In this document: positions 47,436-57,423 of the stretch, piece by piece
Layout: every line of letters starts with the position of its first letter
How positions within the stretch are numbered: the stretch's first letter is position 1
Origin: Nitrosopumilus sp.
GTDB lineage: Archaea > Thermoproteota > Nitrososphaeria > Nitrososphaerales > Nitrosopumilaceae
DNA length: 64,000 nucleotides
Assembly (NCBI GenBank): GCA_965206745.1
Contig: OZ242220.1
Coordinates: forward strand, 1,280,001 to 1,344,000
Direction: 5' to 3'
The notes under the pieces: model-generated
Databases searched by the model: none
Told to the model about the DNA's origin: nothing
Seen by the model: the letters and a program-made list of their open reading frames with translations, nothing else
Program-made: the position numbers and the translations under genes

Positions 47436-48251
47436 TTGAAATTGCATAAAGTGGCAGTGGTGAGTAAGGTAGGATCCAAAGAGTCAGAGCAGGCTGCAAA
47501 GGATCTTACAAAAAAGCTGCTAGCAAAAAAATCAGACGTGTTTACGATTGCCCCAATTGAGGTTGAAGGTGCAAAACAGATGGACACTCTGGAAGAGTTG
47601 AAAAAAGAGAGATTGGATTTGGTAATCACCCTCGGGGGGGATGGAACCACGCTCAGGGTATTTAGAAACTTGGAAAATGAGACGCCGATTCTAACCATCA
47701 ATGTGGGAGGAAACAGGGGAATTTTATCAGAAATAACGATTAATGAGATTGATGATGCAATAGAGCAAATTTTGAAAGGCAATTTCTTTTTGGATAAGAG
47801 AACCAGAGTGGTGGCATCTTGCGGAGGAAAGGAATTTCCACCGGCACTAAATGAGATTTACATTACCAGAACAAATTTGACTAAAACTGCCGAAATTGAA
47901 ATAAAGTTCCAAGACGACACAGTAATGCAAAAGATGGACGGGGTGATAATTGCCACGCCAAGCGGTTCTACAGGCCACTCATTCTCATTGGGAGGTCCAA
48001 TTCTGCACGAAAGCTTGGATGTCTTAATCATAACCCCTGTTGCACCAGTGTACAGATTAGCATCACTGATTGTTCCAGATGAAAAAATTGAAATTGTCTG
48101 TTCGCATGATTGCAACATTGCAATGGATGCACAAGTTGTCAGGGCAGTAGGATATGAAGAACCAATCACAATAAGGAGATACAAAAAACATGCAGTCTTT
48201 CTAAGATTAAAGAAGAGGGGACTAAGACAGATGAGCAAGCTTGGATTTTAG
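47436..48251 (+). CDS. nadK: NAD(+) kinase
   Basis: LGGDGT, ALNE, DGVIIATPSGSTG. Confidence 0.94.
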   Translation: MKLHKVAVVSKVGSKESEQAAKDLTKKLLAKKSDVFTIAPIEVEGAKQMDTLEELKKERLDLVITLGGDGTTLRVFRNLENETPILTINVGGNRGILSEITINEIDDAIEQILKGNFFLDKRTRVVASCGGKEFPPALNEIYITRTNLTKTAEIEIKFQDDTVMQKMDGVIIATPSGSTGHSFSLGGPILHESLDVLIITPVAPVYRLASLIVPDEKIEIVCSHDCNIAMDAQVVRAVGYEEPITIRRYKKHAVFLRLKKRGLRQMSKLGF

Positions 48252-48744
48252 GATTTTGGATGCTAGCGCATTTTATGCTGGGGTTCCATTTGGATCATCA
48301 GAGGACTGCTACACCACATCTCTAGTTTATGAGGAAATCAAGCACATAAAGAAGAACCACGATGCATTGGGAACTTTGCTTGAGACTAACAGGCTGAAGA
48401 TCAGGGAGCCGGATTTGGAATCGACAAAAAATGCAATCAAGGCATCAAAGGACACGGGGGATTTTCCCCAGCTATCAAAGCAAGACATCTCAATTATTGC
48501 ATTGTGCATTGAGATGGAGGGTCAGATTATCAGTGATGATTTTGCAATTTCAAACGTAGCCAAAAATCTGGGTTTGAAGGTTTTGCCCATCATGACAAAC
48601 GGTATCAGAGACGTTGGAAGATGGATTCATTACTGTCCGGGTTGCAAAAGCAGTCACGCATCAGGAAAAGAGTGTCCAATGTGTGGAACGGCATTAAAAA
48701 GAAAGCTGCTCAAGGGGAAATCACATTCATCAAGTGAACAATAA
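48241..48744 (+). CDS. nob1: Nob1 PIN-domain endonuclease
   Basis: ILDASAF, LSKQD, SDDFAISN, CPGC..CPMCG. Confidence 0.92.
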   Translation: MDFRILDASAFYAGVPFGSSEDCYTTSLVYEEIKHIKKNHDALGTLLETNRLKIREPDLESTKNAIKASKDTGDFPQLSKQDISIIALCIEMEGQIISDDFAISNVAKNLGLKVLPIMTNGIRDVGRWIHYCPGCKSSHASGKECPMCGTALKRKLLKGKSHSSSEQ

Positions 48745-48822
48745 GGCCATCACTTTTGCGAATCTGACTACAAAAGCACACCTAGACAGATAAACTCAAG
48801 AGTTCAGAGTGCAGTCATTTGT

Positions 48823-49086
48823 TTAAGAGGATTTTCTGGTCAAACCCTTTGCAGATTCAATCGAGTCATGGCTTGCCTGAATTAGTCGAAGAGTGGAATT
48901 TAGGTTTGCCCTAAGATGGGTCAGTTGGTCAGTCTCAACTACAATTACGATTTTTTTATCAAAAGTTATCAGGGTCTTTACAGGATTTTCAGGATAGAAT
49001 TCATTGTCAGCGTTTACAGAATCATAGATTGCTTTTGATCTGTCTTTTGCGTCAACTGTGACTATAGCACTAAAGTTTAATGTCAT
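48823..49086 (-). CDS. pcc1: KEOPS subunit Pcc1
   Basis: LRANLNSTLRLI; follows rpl37ae. Confidence 0.82.
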   Translation of the reverse strand: MTLNFSAIVTVDAKDRSKAIYDSVNADNEFYPENPVKTLITFDKKIVIVVETDQLTHLRANLNSTLRLIQASHDSIESAKGLTRKSS

Positions 49087-49282
49087 ATGCCGTACCAGCT
49101 ACTTTATAGCTGCACTTTTTACAAGACCAGATTCCAACTGCGTCACGGCTAAATTTTTCTGAACCGCACTGAGGACAAGTCCTCTTCTCCTTTAGGGTGA
49201 AATGGATCTTTGTGTACTGCTTTCGAAGTTTGATTCCATAGCGGGCACCTAGCCCTTTGAGAGATTTTTTTGCTTTTGCCAT
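49070..49282 (-). CDS. rpl37ae: 50S ribosomal protein eL43 (L37ae)
   Basis: GARYG, CPQC..GIWSCKKC..AGTAY. Confidence 0.95.
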   Translation of the reverse strand: MAKAKKSLKGLGARYGIKLRKQYTKIHFTLKEKRTCPQCGSEKFSRDAVGIWSCKKCSYKVAGTAYDIKL

Positions 49283-49284
49283 TA

Positions 49285-50100
49285 TTAACTGCCCTTTTGG
49301 TATTCTTTTAATTTTTCCCTTATTTTTGCACCCACTCTTACGGATATTTCACCGCACTGGTTAATTTCATCCTGCGTAAACCCGTTACTGCCGCCTTTTT
49401 GCAATGCACAGATGTTCCCATCAGAGTCACTCGTTATTGTAATGCGGGCATCCATGACACCCCATTCATCCCCATTGGGATCAACTACAATATGACTGCC
49501 AATCTTTCCCATGGTAACAGATACCGGAATTGTGGATATTGGCAAGAAAGTATCCTCACCCTCAACAAGCGTAGGACGCTCATCAACCCAGTTCCATTTT
49601 GGGGTTTTTGAGGTAAGCAGTGCCGCAGTAGCAGCATAAGAGCATGCATCAAACAAATTTCCATCATAATCAACAACCACATTATCTGCAAAGACACCAA
49701 TTACTGACTTGTCCTTCTCAATTACCAGCTGAGAGACATCAACCATGTGGCTCTCTCTAATACCCCTGTCAACAACTCTTGCCAACTCGATTACAGGTGG
49801 CTGTGGTGGACCAGTCTCAACGGTAGGATGCGACAGTGGCAATAGTTCGGCAGTACAGATGAAGAGACCTTTGTCACCAGTGTCTGGAAATGGCCTGTCT
49901 GGTTGAATTTTTACCCCGCATATCACCTCGGTTTCTCCAAGACGGACTCTTGCCGAACCGTTTGCTTTGGGAATAGCATTAGTCTCAATAGTGATCTGAC
50001 GTGGCTCATCAAATGCACGCCCGTCAACACGCTTTGCCTGTCCTAACAATTCAAGTATCTGCGCCTTTTTTAGTTCATCAATAACGGAGACAGAGGTCAA
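49285..50100 (-). CDS. rrp42: Exosome subunit Rrp42
   Basis: RVDGR, ANGSARVRLG, ELARVVDRGIRES. Confidence 0.96.
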   Translation of the reverse strand: MTSVSVIDELKKAQILELLGQAKRVDGRAFDEPRQITIETNAIPKANGSARVRLGETEVICGVKIQPDRPFPDTGDKGLFICTAELLPLSHPTVETGPPQPPVIELARVVDRGIRESHMVDVSQLVIEKDKSVIGVFADNVVVDYDGNLFDACSYAATAALLTSKTPKWNWVDERPTLVEGEDTFLPISTIPVSVTMGKIGSHIVVDPNGDEWGVMDARITITSDSDGNICALQKGGSNGFTQDEINQCGEISVRVGAKIREKLKEYQKGS

Positions 50101-50837
50101 CTTTGATCCCCTCCCTTTCCAAAGTATTTGTCATTAAGTGCCTTTTTTTGTAATTCGTAAACGAGTTTGCAGCCTTGCACCCCGACATCTACACATTTCT
50201 TGTACTCCTCAGGGCTCAAAACCCCATCTAGTTGCAACAGGGTGATTTTTTCAAGACTTGGCATGTATCCAATTGGCATATCTGCCTGGCCTGCCTGATC
50301 CTCCTCATTGTTAACATCAAGAACTATAGTGTCTGCGACCTTGCCAGATGCAATTGCTGCAACCATGTCCCTCATCGGGATTCCGGCATCAGCTAGTGCG
50401 ACAGAAGCTGCAGTAAGTGCAGCACATCTTGTTCCGCCATCGGCTTGTAATACTTCAATGAACACGTCAACTGCGGTTCTTGGAAATTTATGTAATATCA
50501 CTGCAGGTTCCAAAGCTTCCTTGATTACTTTGGAGATTTCAATCTCCCGTCTTGATGGTGCGGGATTTTTTCTCTCTCCAACTGAGAATGGCTCCATATG
50601 GTATCGGACACGCAGGATTCCAGTGTCAGTGTTTGACATGTGCTTTGGGTGCACGTCCCTTGGACCAAAAACCCCAACTAGAATTTTATTATCGCCAAAT
50701 TCGATATAGGCCGAACCGTCAGCATTTTTGAGTCCGCCTGCCTTGATCATGATTCTACGTGGCTCGTCTATTTTACGACCGTCACAGCGTATACCATTCT
50801 CGTCCAAGAGGACCATTGTTGCGTCTCGTCCGCCCAT
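50097..50837 (-). CDS. rrp41: Exosome subunit Rrp41
   Basis: ADGSAYIEFG, SRREIEISK, QADGGTR. Confidence 0.97.
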   Translation of the reverse strand: MGGRDATMVLLDENGIRCDGRKIDEPRRIMIKAGGLKNADGSAYIEFGDNKILVGVFGPRDVHPKHMSNTDTGILRVRYHMEPFSVGERKNPAPSRREIEISKVIKEALEPAVILHKFPRTAVDVFIEVLQADGGTRCAALTAASVALADAGIPMRDMVAAIASGKVADTIVLDVNNEEDQAGQADMPIGYMPSLEKITLLQLDGVLSPEEYKKCVDVGVQGCKLVYELQKKALNDKYFGKGGDQS

Positions 50838-51520
50838 TATGTTTCATTATCCTTTATTTCTAACATTTCTTTTACCTGATCAGTCAAATTAGCAATGTGT
50901 GCCTTTTGGTTAATCATTTCAATGGCTTTTTTCGCCTTTAATAATCCCTCGGGAGATTCACAGGAGACCACTATCCAGCCATTCTGGCCAATGGTAACTG
51001 CTGCGTTTGTAGCCATTTCTATCATCTGAATCATGCTTCCCCGCTTTCCAATTAGGCGTGGAACCTTGCTTGGGGAGATCTTTACCAAGTCACCAGAGTC
51101 GATTTGGCCCAAATCCCTATCAGAGATGGTGATTAGTGGATCACGTGTCCTATCAAAATTGGCTATTCTTGCAGCCACCAGATCGCCGGATTTTAGTTTG
51201 GTTGCAAGCTCATCGGCATGGGCAGAAAAATCTCGTCCAAAAACATCCTGTGCCGGCAGGAATCCAACATAGCACGAGTTGATATCAAGCTCCCAAGACA
51301 GGGAAGTGTGGGAGATTACTTTGGCAATTACTAAATCGTCAATCTTTGGAATGTATTTTCCAGTTAAAGGGATGACTCGTACAGAGTCATCATAAATTTC
51401 AGAGATACCAATGGCAGTAGAGACTATCTTCTCGCCTTCCAGAATCACATTTTGTTCTGGTCTAAGTGGCCCCGAAGTTACAACGTCGCCTGGAATGACA
51501 TATTTTCTCCTGTTATCCAT
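50837..51520 (-). CDS. rrp4: Exosome RNA-binding subunit Rrp4
   Basis: S1 and KH domains; VPRLIGKRGSM, GQNGWI. Confidence 0.96.
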   Translation of the reverse strand: MDNRRKYVIPGDVVTSGPLRPEQNVILEGEKIVSTAIGISEIYDDSVRVIPLTGKYIPKIDDLVIAKVISHTSLSWELDINSCYVGFLPAQDVFGRDFSAHADELATKLKSGDLVAARIANFDRTRDPLITISDRDLGQIDSGDLVKISPSKVPRLIGKRGSMIQMIEMATNAAVTIGQNGWIVVSCESPEGLLKAKKAIEMINQKAHIANLTDQVKEMLEIKDNET

Positions 51521-52206
51521 TACTGAATTACCTCAACTGAGGCAGAGCCCTTGGTTATAGAACCTAGTCTGTCTATCACATTTGGTCTTGCCGGAGCGGG
51601 TATTTCAAGTATTGCTTTTAGAGAACCGTTATTTTGCCATTCTTCGGATTTTAGGGAACCCACAGACTTTAGCACCGCATATGACTGCGATGCAAACTGT
51701 GCCGGAACTGTGATCTCCAATTGCAGGCTCTCTGTTTTTAGTGCAATAATAGAGCGCAGCTGGTCGACAACATCTTTGACCTGCTCATCGACGCTCTTTT
51801 GCGGATCAACTAAAACCCGCCCATCTTTCATGGCCTGCTCAATTCTTAGGGGAGGGTGAGGCAGGTGTGATTTAGGATCCACAAAGGTTTTGGCAATATA
51901 TGTGACAATCTGCCTCCTCTTGTCTTCGACCATCTTCCTCCTCTGATCAGTTGTAAGATTCAGATCACCTTTCTCAAGTATAATCTGAGCAATCAGGGTT
52001 TGATCCTCGGTTTTGAATGCCTTGAGCAACTTCTCTGAAGAGGGTCTTGTGCCCTTGCCTGAATCAGTGTAAATCTCATCAGATACCAATACTAGAGAGA
52101 TGTCTTTTTTCTTGCCCATCTTGTAATCTAGTGCAGGATCTGGCTTTACCATAATCTCAAATTTTTCCCCCTCAAAGGAATATTTGACTAGTGTTACATC
52201 AACCAT
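51520..52206 (-). CDS. sdo1: Ribosome maturation factor SBDS/Sdo1
   Basis: GEKFEI, PHPPLRIEQAM. Confidence 0.96.
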   Translation of the reverse strand: MVDVTLVKYSFEGEKFEIMVKPDPALDYKMGKKKDISLVLVSDEIYTDSGKGTRPSSEKLLKAFKTEDQTLIAQIILEKGDLNLTTDQRRKMVEDKRRQIVTYIAKTFVDPKSHLPHPPLRIEQAMKDGRVLVDPQKSVDEQVKDVVDQLRSIIALKTESLQLEITVPAQFASQSYAVLKSVGSLKSEEWQNNGSLKAILEIPAPARPNVIDRLGSITKGSASVEVIQ

Positions 52207-52293
52207 CTTAACAGTAGTAAGGAGGATTTGCTATTTATCTATACGTAAGACTAGCTAGATTTTTATGTGGACTTTGAAGATTTTCTTCAAGAT

Positions 52294-52932
52294 TTGTCAT
52301 CCTTGGAGGTAATTAGTAAAGATAATCAAAAGATATCTGTAAAGCTGAAAGGCATTCCATTACAGTACGCAAATGCACTCAGACGCGTATGCCTTAACGG
52401 AGTCCCAGTTTTTGCAATTGATACTGTGGATATTATTGAAAACTCTTCTGTATTGCCAGACGAGGGGCTGGCTCACAGATTGGGACTTGTTCCATTAACC
52501 ACGGATTTGAGCAGATTCAACGAGCCATCAAAGTGCCAATGCCAAAGCGAGACAGGGTGCTCAAACTGCAAAGTAATGCTGGTTCTAGATTCAGGAGACT
52601 CTGATGTTACACGAAGCGTTCTCTCAAACGAGTTATCCTCAGAGGACGACTCGATAAAGCCAACCTCAGAGAAGATCCCCATAGTCCAACTGGCACCGGG
52701 TCAGAGAATCAAGATCGAGTGCTATGCCAGATTGGGACGCGGAACCGAGCATGCAAAGTGGAATTCTGCAAACATTTCAATACTTACAGATACAGAGAAA
52801 GAGGACATCAAGGTCCTGACTGTAGAATCAACAGGAGCGCTCAACCCTGAGCAGATCATCATCTCAGGAGTAGACGAGGTCAGCAACAGAATAGGTCAAT
52901 TCAAAGAAATGATTGATCAAGTTGAAGCATGA
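52294..52932 (+). CDS. rpoD: RNA polymerase subunit D (Rpo3)
   Basis: ANALRR, NSSVLPDEGLAHRLGLVP, EHAKW; probable TTG start. Confidence 0.96.
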   Translation: MSSLEVISKDNQKISVKLKGIPLQYANALRRVCLNGVPVFAIDTVDIIENSSVLPDEGLAHRLGLVPLTTDLSRFNEPSKCQCQSETGCSNCKVMLVLDSGDSDVTRSVLSNELSSEDDSIKPTSEKIPIVQLAPGQRIKIECYARLGRGTEHAKWNSANISILTDTEKEDIKVLTVESTGALNPEQIIISGVDEVSNRIGQFKEMIDQVEA

Positions 52933-52977
52933 TTCAAGCATAGGCATTATATTTGGGTTTCAAACCGCATTATTCAC

Positions 52978-53325
52978 ATGACTAATCAAGTCGTTATACG
53001 CATGGCAAAGGATCTAAAGAAGGCATCTACCAAAAATGATGCCCCAATCTGGGCCAAATTAGCCCAATATGCGTTAAAACCATCCATTGCCAGAAGGGAT
53101 CTAAACCTGAATAGGATCAATGAACTAACCAAAGAGGATGACATCGTGGTATTTCCAGGCAAGGTTCTCGGAACAGGCAAAATTTCCCATAAAATTACAC
53201 TGTTCTCTTTCTCAATTTCAAACTCTGCTGCAAACAAGATTACTGAAAATGGCGGAAAGCTGATCAGTTATCAGGATTTGATTGAACAAAACCCAACGGG
53301 AAAGGGAGTGGTTCTGCTTGGCTAA
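52978..53325 (+). CDS. rpl18e: 50S ribosomal protein eL18
   Basis: VVFPGKVLG, NPTGKGV. Confidence 0.95.
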   Translation: MTNQVVIRMAKDLKKASTKNDAPIWAKLAQYALKPSIARRDLNLNRINELTKEDDIVVFPGKVLGTGKISHKITLFSFSISNSAANKITENGGKLISYQDLIEQNPTGKGVVLLG

Positions 53326-53782
53326 ACAAGAGATCGTCGTACGAGTAGACAGGCCAATTGTTGTGGATGCAACGAATCACATTGCCGGAAGACTGGCATC
53401 AAATGTTGCAAAATTACTGATGCAGGGAAACAGAGTATCAGTTGTAAATTGTGAAAAAATCATGATGAGCGGAACAAGAAGCAACCAGATTAAAGAATAC
53501 AGGGAATTTTTAGAGATTAACAGCATCATCAATTACAAACACGGGCCAGTCCACTACAGAAGGCCTGACACGCTGATGGCAAAAATGATTCGCCAGATGC
53601 TCCCATACGATAGAAAGCCATCAGGGAAGGCAGCGCACCAGAGACTCAGAACATACATCGGATCACCCAAGGAGATCAAGTCGATTGGAAAAATTCAATT
53701 TGAAAAAGCAAAGATTACAAGGGCTCCATCAAACTATACCGCATTAGGGGAGCTGTGTAAAGTGATAGGGTGGACTACATGA
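53318..53782 (+). CDS. rpl13: 50S ribosomal protein uL13
   Basis: VVDATNHIAGRLAS, IRQMLP; TTG start. Confidence 0.95.
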   Translation: MAKQEIVVRVDRPIVVDATNHIAGRLASNVAKLLMQGNRVSVVNCEKIMMSGTRSNQIKEYREFLEINSIINYKHGPVHYRRPDTLMAKMIRQMLPYDRKPSGKAAHQRLRTYIGSPKEIKSIGKIQFEKAKITRAPSNYTALGELCKVIGWTT

Positions 53783-54228
53783 CGACTCCAAAGACTGAGA
53801 TTTATTTTGCAACAAGAAAGACGGCCAGCGCCCATGTTTACATCACCAAAGGAAAGGGCAAGGTCAGGATTAACAACGTTCCAGTAGAGATGATTCCGCA
53901 GGAGACTGCCCGTGAAGTAATCCTGGTGCCATTAGAAATTACAGGTGATCTCAGAGGCAAGATAGATATCTCCGTAAGAGTAAGGGGCGGAGGATGCATG
54001 GGTCAGGCAAGTGCAATAGCAACCGGAATTTCAAGAGCCCTAACAGGATGGACAAAATCCAAAAAAGAGCCAAGAGATCACCCTTTCCCAAAATCAACTA
54101 GAGAGGATCTACGAAAACGAATCACTGATTTTGATAAATATCTAGTCAGTGGGGATGCCAGAAGAAAGGAACCAAAAAAGTTTGGTGGACCCGGTGCAAG
54201 AAGAAGAAAGCAGAAATCATACCGTTAG
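53779..54228 (+). CDS. rps9: 30S ribosomal protein uS9
   Basis: RRKEPKKFGGPGARRRKQKSYR. Confidence 0.97.
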   Translation: MTTPKTEIYFATRKTASAHVYITKGKGKVRINNVPVEMIPQETAREVILVPLEITGDLRGKIDISVRVRGGGCMGQASAIATGISRALTGWTKSKKEPRDHPFPKSTREDLRKRITDFDKYLVSGDARRKEPKKFGGPGARRRKQKSYR

Positions 54229-54231
54229 GCT

Positions 54232-54951
54232 GTGAAGGCTGTAATTCTTGCAGGAGGCAAGGCAACTAGAGGCAAACCGTACACGGAATACTTTCCAAAA
54301 GCAATGACTCCAGTCAACGGAAAGCCATTAATCGATTACATTTTCAGATACCTAAAATCATCTAGCCTCATTGACGAGGTAATCATCATATCGGATTTTG
54401 ACGGCCTGGGCGGACAGATAAAAAACTATTACGGGAACCAGGACGGCATCACATTTGTTCAGGATTCGCAAAGTGGGACAGGGGGGGACCTGCTTCACAT
54501 TGCAAAGAATCTCAGAGATGAATCAGAGTTCGTATTATGGTTTGTAGATAACCTGTGCGCAGTTGATCTAAATGAGATGATAAAGTTTTTCAAAGAGAAG
54601 AAGAGTTTGGCATGCATTGCAACTAGGACCAAAAGAAGGGAGGAGACGGGATTTGCAACGGTTCAGGACGGAATCATAAAAGAGTTCAAGGAAAAACCAG
54701 TAATGGAGCTACCGTCATCAGAATGCCTGGGAATCTACATTCTGGGAAGAGGCATCATAAATAAGATAGAGTCAAAGCAGGGACAAGAAGAGATCAATCT
54801 CTCATTTGATATCTTGCAGGAATTGTCAAGGGAAGGGAAGGTTAGCGCCTTTGACATAGGCAAGAAGGAATGGATAGATGCAGAATCGCCGATGGTGCTA
54901 GAAAGGAATGAAAAGGCAGTAGGGAAGATCATAAGAGAGATGGGATTTTAG
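54232..54951 (+). CDS. Sugar-phosphate nucleotidyltransferase
   Basis: AVILAGGKATR..PK, GTGG, FKEKP. Confidence 0.9.
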   Translation: MKAVILAGGKATRGKPYTEYFPKAMTPVNGKPLIDYIFRYLKSSSLIDEVIIISDFDGLGGQIKNYYGNQDGITFVQDSQSGTGGDLLHIAKNLRDESEFVLWFVDNLCAVDLNEMIKFFKEKKSLACIATRTKRREETGFATVQDGIIKEFKEKPVMELPSSECLGIYILGRGIINKIESKQGQEEINLSFDILQELSREGKVSAFDIGKKEWIDAESPMVLERNEKAVGKIIREMGF

Positions 54952-55513
54952 ACTCTCTCTCAAACTTGGAAATTCTATCTTCGTATTGGAACGTAAGTGC
55001 AATGTCATCTAGTCCTTCCAGAAGGATTTTTTTCTGGTATGAATCCATCCTAAAAGGTATTTGATCCAAGGGGGTTTTGATGACTTGGTTCTCCAAATCT
55101 ATCTCAACTGTACCGGTCTCTTCAAGTAGTTTCTCCACGATTTTTTGGTCCAACGTGATGGGCAAAAGACCGTTTTTGAAGCAGTTGCTAAAAAAGATAT
55201 CCGCAAATGAGGGGGCTATGACTGCAGAAAATCCATAGTCAAGCAAGGCCCAGACAGCATGTTCGCGGCTAGACCCGCATCCAAAGTTGTCGCCAGTCAC
55301 GAGAATCTTGGAATTTCTGTACTGGGGATTATTCAAGACAAAGTCAGATTTCTCATTCTTTTGCTGATCGTATCTCCAGTCAAAAAACAGGAATTTTCCA
55401 AATCCGGATTTCTGGACCAGCTTTAGGAATTGCTTTGGCACTATTTGGTCCGTATCCACATTGACCTTGTCAAGGGGAGTCACGATGCTAGATACTCTTT
55501 TGAATGGTTCCAT
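54929..55513 (-). CDS. leuD: 3-isopropylmalate dehydratase small subunit (bacterial type)
   Basis: [25 protein letters not shown]. Confidence 0.95.
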   Translation of the reverse strand: MEPFKRVSSIVTPLDKVNVDTDQIVPKQFLKLVQKSGFGKFLFFDWRYDQQKNEKSDFVLNNPQYRNSKILVTGDNFGCGSSREHAVWALLDYGFSAVIAPSFADIFFSNCFKNGLLPITLDQKIVEKLLEETGTVEIDLENQVIKTPLDQIPFRMDSYQKKILLEGLDDIALTFQYEDRISKFERESKIPSLL

Positions 55514-55514
55514 G

Positions 55515-56930
55515 CTAACTCAGATCCATCTCCCTGACATCAACAAAATGGCCATGAATTGCAGCAGCTGCTGCCATCACAGGGCTTACCAGATGCGTTC
55601 TCCCTCCTGTTCCCTGTCTGCCTTCAAAATTTCTGTTTGACGTGCTTGCGCACCGCTCACCGGGAGACAAGATATCAGGATTCATTCCAAGACACATGCT
55701 GCAACCAGACTCCCGCCATTGAAAATTGGCATCGGTGAAGATCTTGTCCAGCCCCATCTCCTCGGCCTGTCTTTTCACCATTTGCGACCCAGGTACCACC
55801 ATTGCCTGCACATCAGAGGAGATCTTTTGGCCCCGGATCACCTTGGATGCCTCAATGAGATCCTCTAGTCGGGCATTGGTGCATGAGCCAATAAAGACGC
55901 GGTCAATTTTGATATCTTTAATCAAGGTGCCAGGCTCCAAGGCCATATAGTCAAGTGCCTTCTGTGCCCCCCTTCTTTGGTTGGGATCGCCTTTGGAAAA
56001 CTCATCGGGGGACGGGATGGCATCTGTGACATCGCATGTCATGCCAGGATTGGTCCCCCAGCTTACCTGTGGGGCAATCTCACCGAGGTGCAAAGTGAAC
56101 TGTCTCTCAAACTTTGCATCACTGTCAGTCCTGAGATGATCCCTCCAGGAATCAACTAACGACTCGTAGTTCTTTGGGGTGTACTCCCTATCCCTTAGAT
56201 ACTCGAATGTCTTCTCATCAGGTGCAATCAGGCCTGCGCGGGCACCTGCCTCAATAGACATGTTACAGATCGTCATTCGCTGCTCCATGGAAAGATCAGT
56301 GATTCCCTCACCGCGATATTCGATTACCGAGCCATTTCCCCCGCCGGTGCCGATATTTTTGATGATTGATAGCACAATATCTTTGGCAGTCACGGCGTGG
56401 GGGTTTTTTCGCTTTCCCTCCACCCTGATTTCAAAGGGCTTTGGTTTCTCCAACCACATGGTTTGAGATGCCAAGACATGCTCAACATCACTGGTTCCAA
56501 TACCCAGGGCCAGCGCCCCAAAGGCACCGTGTGTGGATGTATGACTGTCACCGCAGACAATTGTGGAGCCAGGCAGCGTTATCCCCAGCTGGGGGCCGAT
56601 AACATGGACGATGCCTTGGTTGGGGCTGTCAATGTCAAATAATTTTATCCCAAAGTCCTTGCAGTTTTTTTCCAAAGTCTTGATCTGTACAGAGGAGGTC
56701 TGATCCAAGATGGGAAGGGAGCGGTCAGTTGTGGCAACATTGTGATCCATCGTAGCGATGGTAAGATCAGGCCGCCGGACTTTTCTGCCACCCATACGCA
56801 GTCCCTCAAAAGCCTGAGGTGATGTTACTTCATGAACAAGATGCCTGTCTATGTAGATCAATGAGGGACTGTCTTGTTTTTCAACAACGATGTGAGATTC
56901 CCAGATCTTCTCAAAGAGAGTCCGTCCCAT
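55515..56930 (-). CDS. leuC: 3-isopropylmalate dehydratase large subunit (bacterial type)
   Basis: [39 protein letters not shown]. Confidence 0.96.
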   Translation of the reverse strand: MGRTLFEKIWESHIVVEKQDSPSLIYIDRHLVHEVTSPQAFEGLRMGGRKVRRPDLTIATMDHNVATTDRSLPILDQTSSVQIKTLEKNCKDFGIKLFDIDSPNQGIVHVIGPQLGITLPGSTIVCGDSHTSTHGAFGALALGIGTSDVEHVLASQTMWLEKPKPFEIRVEGKRKNPHAVTAKDIVLSIIKNIGTGGGNGSVIEYRGEGITDLSMEQRMTICNMSIEAGARAGLIAPDEKTFEYLRDREYTPKNYESLVDSWRDHLRTDSDAKFERQFTLHLGEIAPQVSWGTNPGMTCDVTDAIPSPDEFSKGDPNQRRGAQKALDYMALEPGTLIKDIKIDRVFIGSCTNARLEDLIEASKVIRGQKISSDVQAMVVPGSQMVKRQAEEMGLDKIFTDANFQWRESGCSMCLGMNPDILSPGERCASTSNRNFEGRQGTGGRTHLVSPVMAAAAAIHGHFVDVREMDLS

Positions 56931-56931
56931 T

Positions 56932-57423
56932 TTAATCCTGATCTGGCCTGTACTTGAAAAGTCCGCCTGCGGCAATTATTTTCCCGATAATTTCTGAAAA
57001 CGGCTTCATTTTGTATGTCTGATTTTTGGTAATGTTTTTAATTTCATTTGCAGTGACGTCGATTTCTATCTGATCTTCTTGGGAGATTCCCTCATAAGCG
57101 TCCTGTCCTATTTCAATAGGCAACAAGAATGCACCATCCACGGAATTCCTGTAAAAGATCCTTGCAAAAGACAATGCAAGGACGGCCTTTATTCCGCAAT
57201 GGGACAGTGCTATTGGGGCGTGTTCGCGAGAAGAACCGCATCCAAAATTTTTGCCAGATAAGATAAAATCGCCCTCTTTTACCTTGGAGTGAAAGTCAGG
57301 GTCCAGTCCCTCCATTGCATGCGTTGCAAGCTCTGCATAATCATGTATCTTGAGATACTGGCCCGGAATTATCACATCAGTGTCAATGTTGTCCCTAGCG
57401 TATTTTATGACGTTGCCTCTCAT
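56932..57423 (-). CDS. hacB: Homoaconitase/IPM isomerase small subunit (archaeal type)
   Basis: [25 protein letters not shown]. Confidence 0.8.
   Translation of the reverse strand: MRGNVIKYARDNIDTDVIIPGQYLKIHDYAELATHAMEGLDPDFHSKVKEGDFILSGKNFGCGSSREHAPIALSHCGIKAVLALSFARIFYRNSVDGAFLLPIEIGQDAYEGISQEDQIEIDVTANEIKNITKNQTYKMKPFSEIIGKIIAAGGLFKYRPDQD

Noticed and set aside
47348-47782. N-terminal extension of the sulfurtransferase
   Set aside because: Antisense to NAD kinase; the real start is 47347
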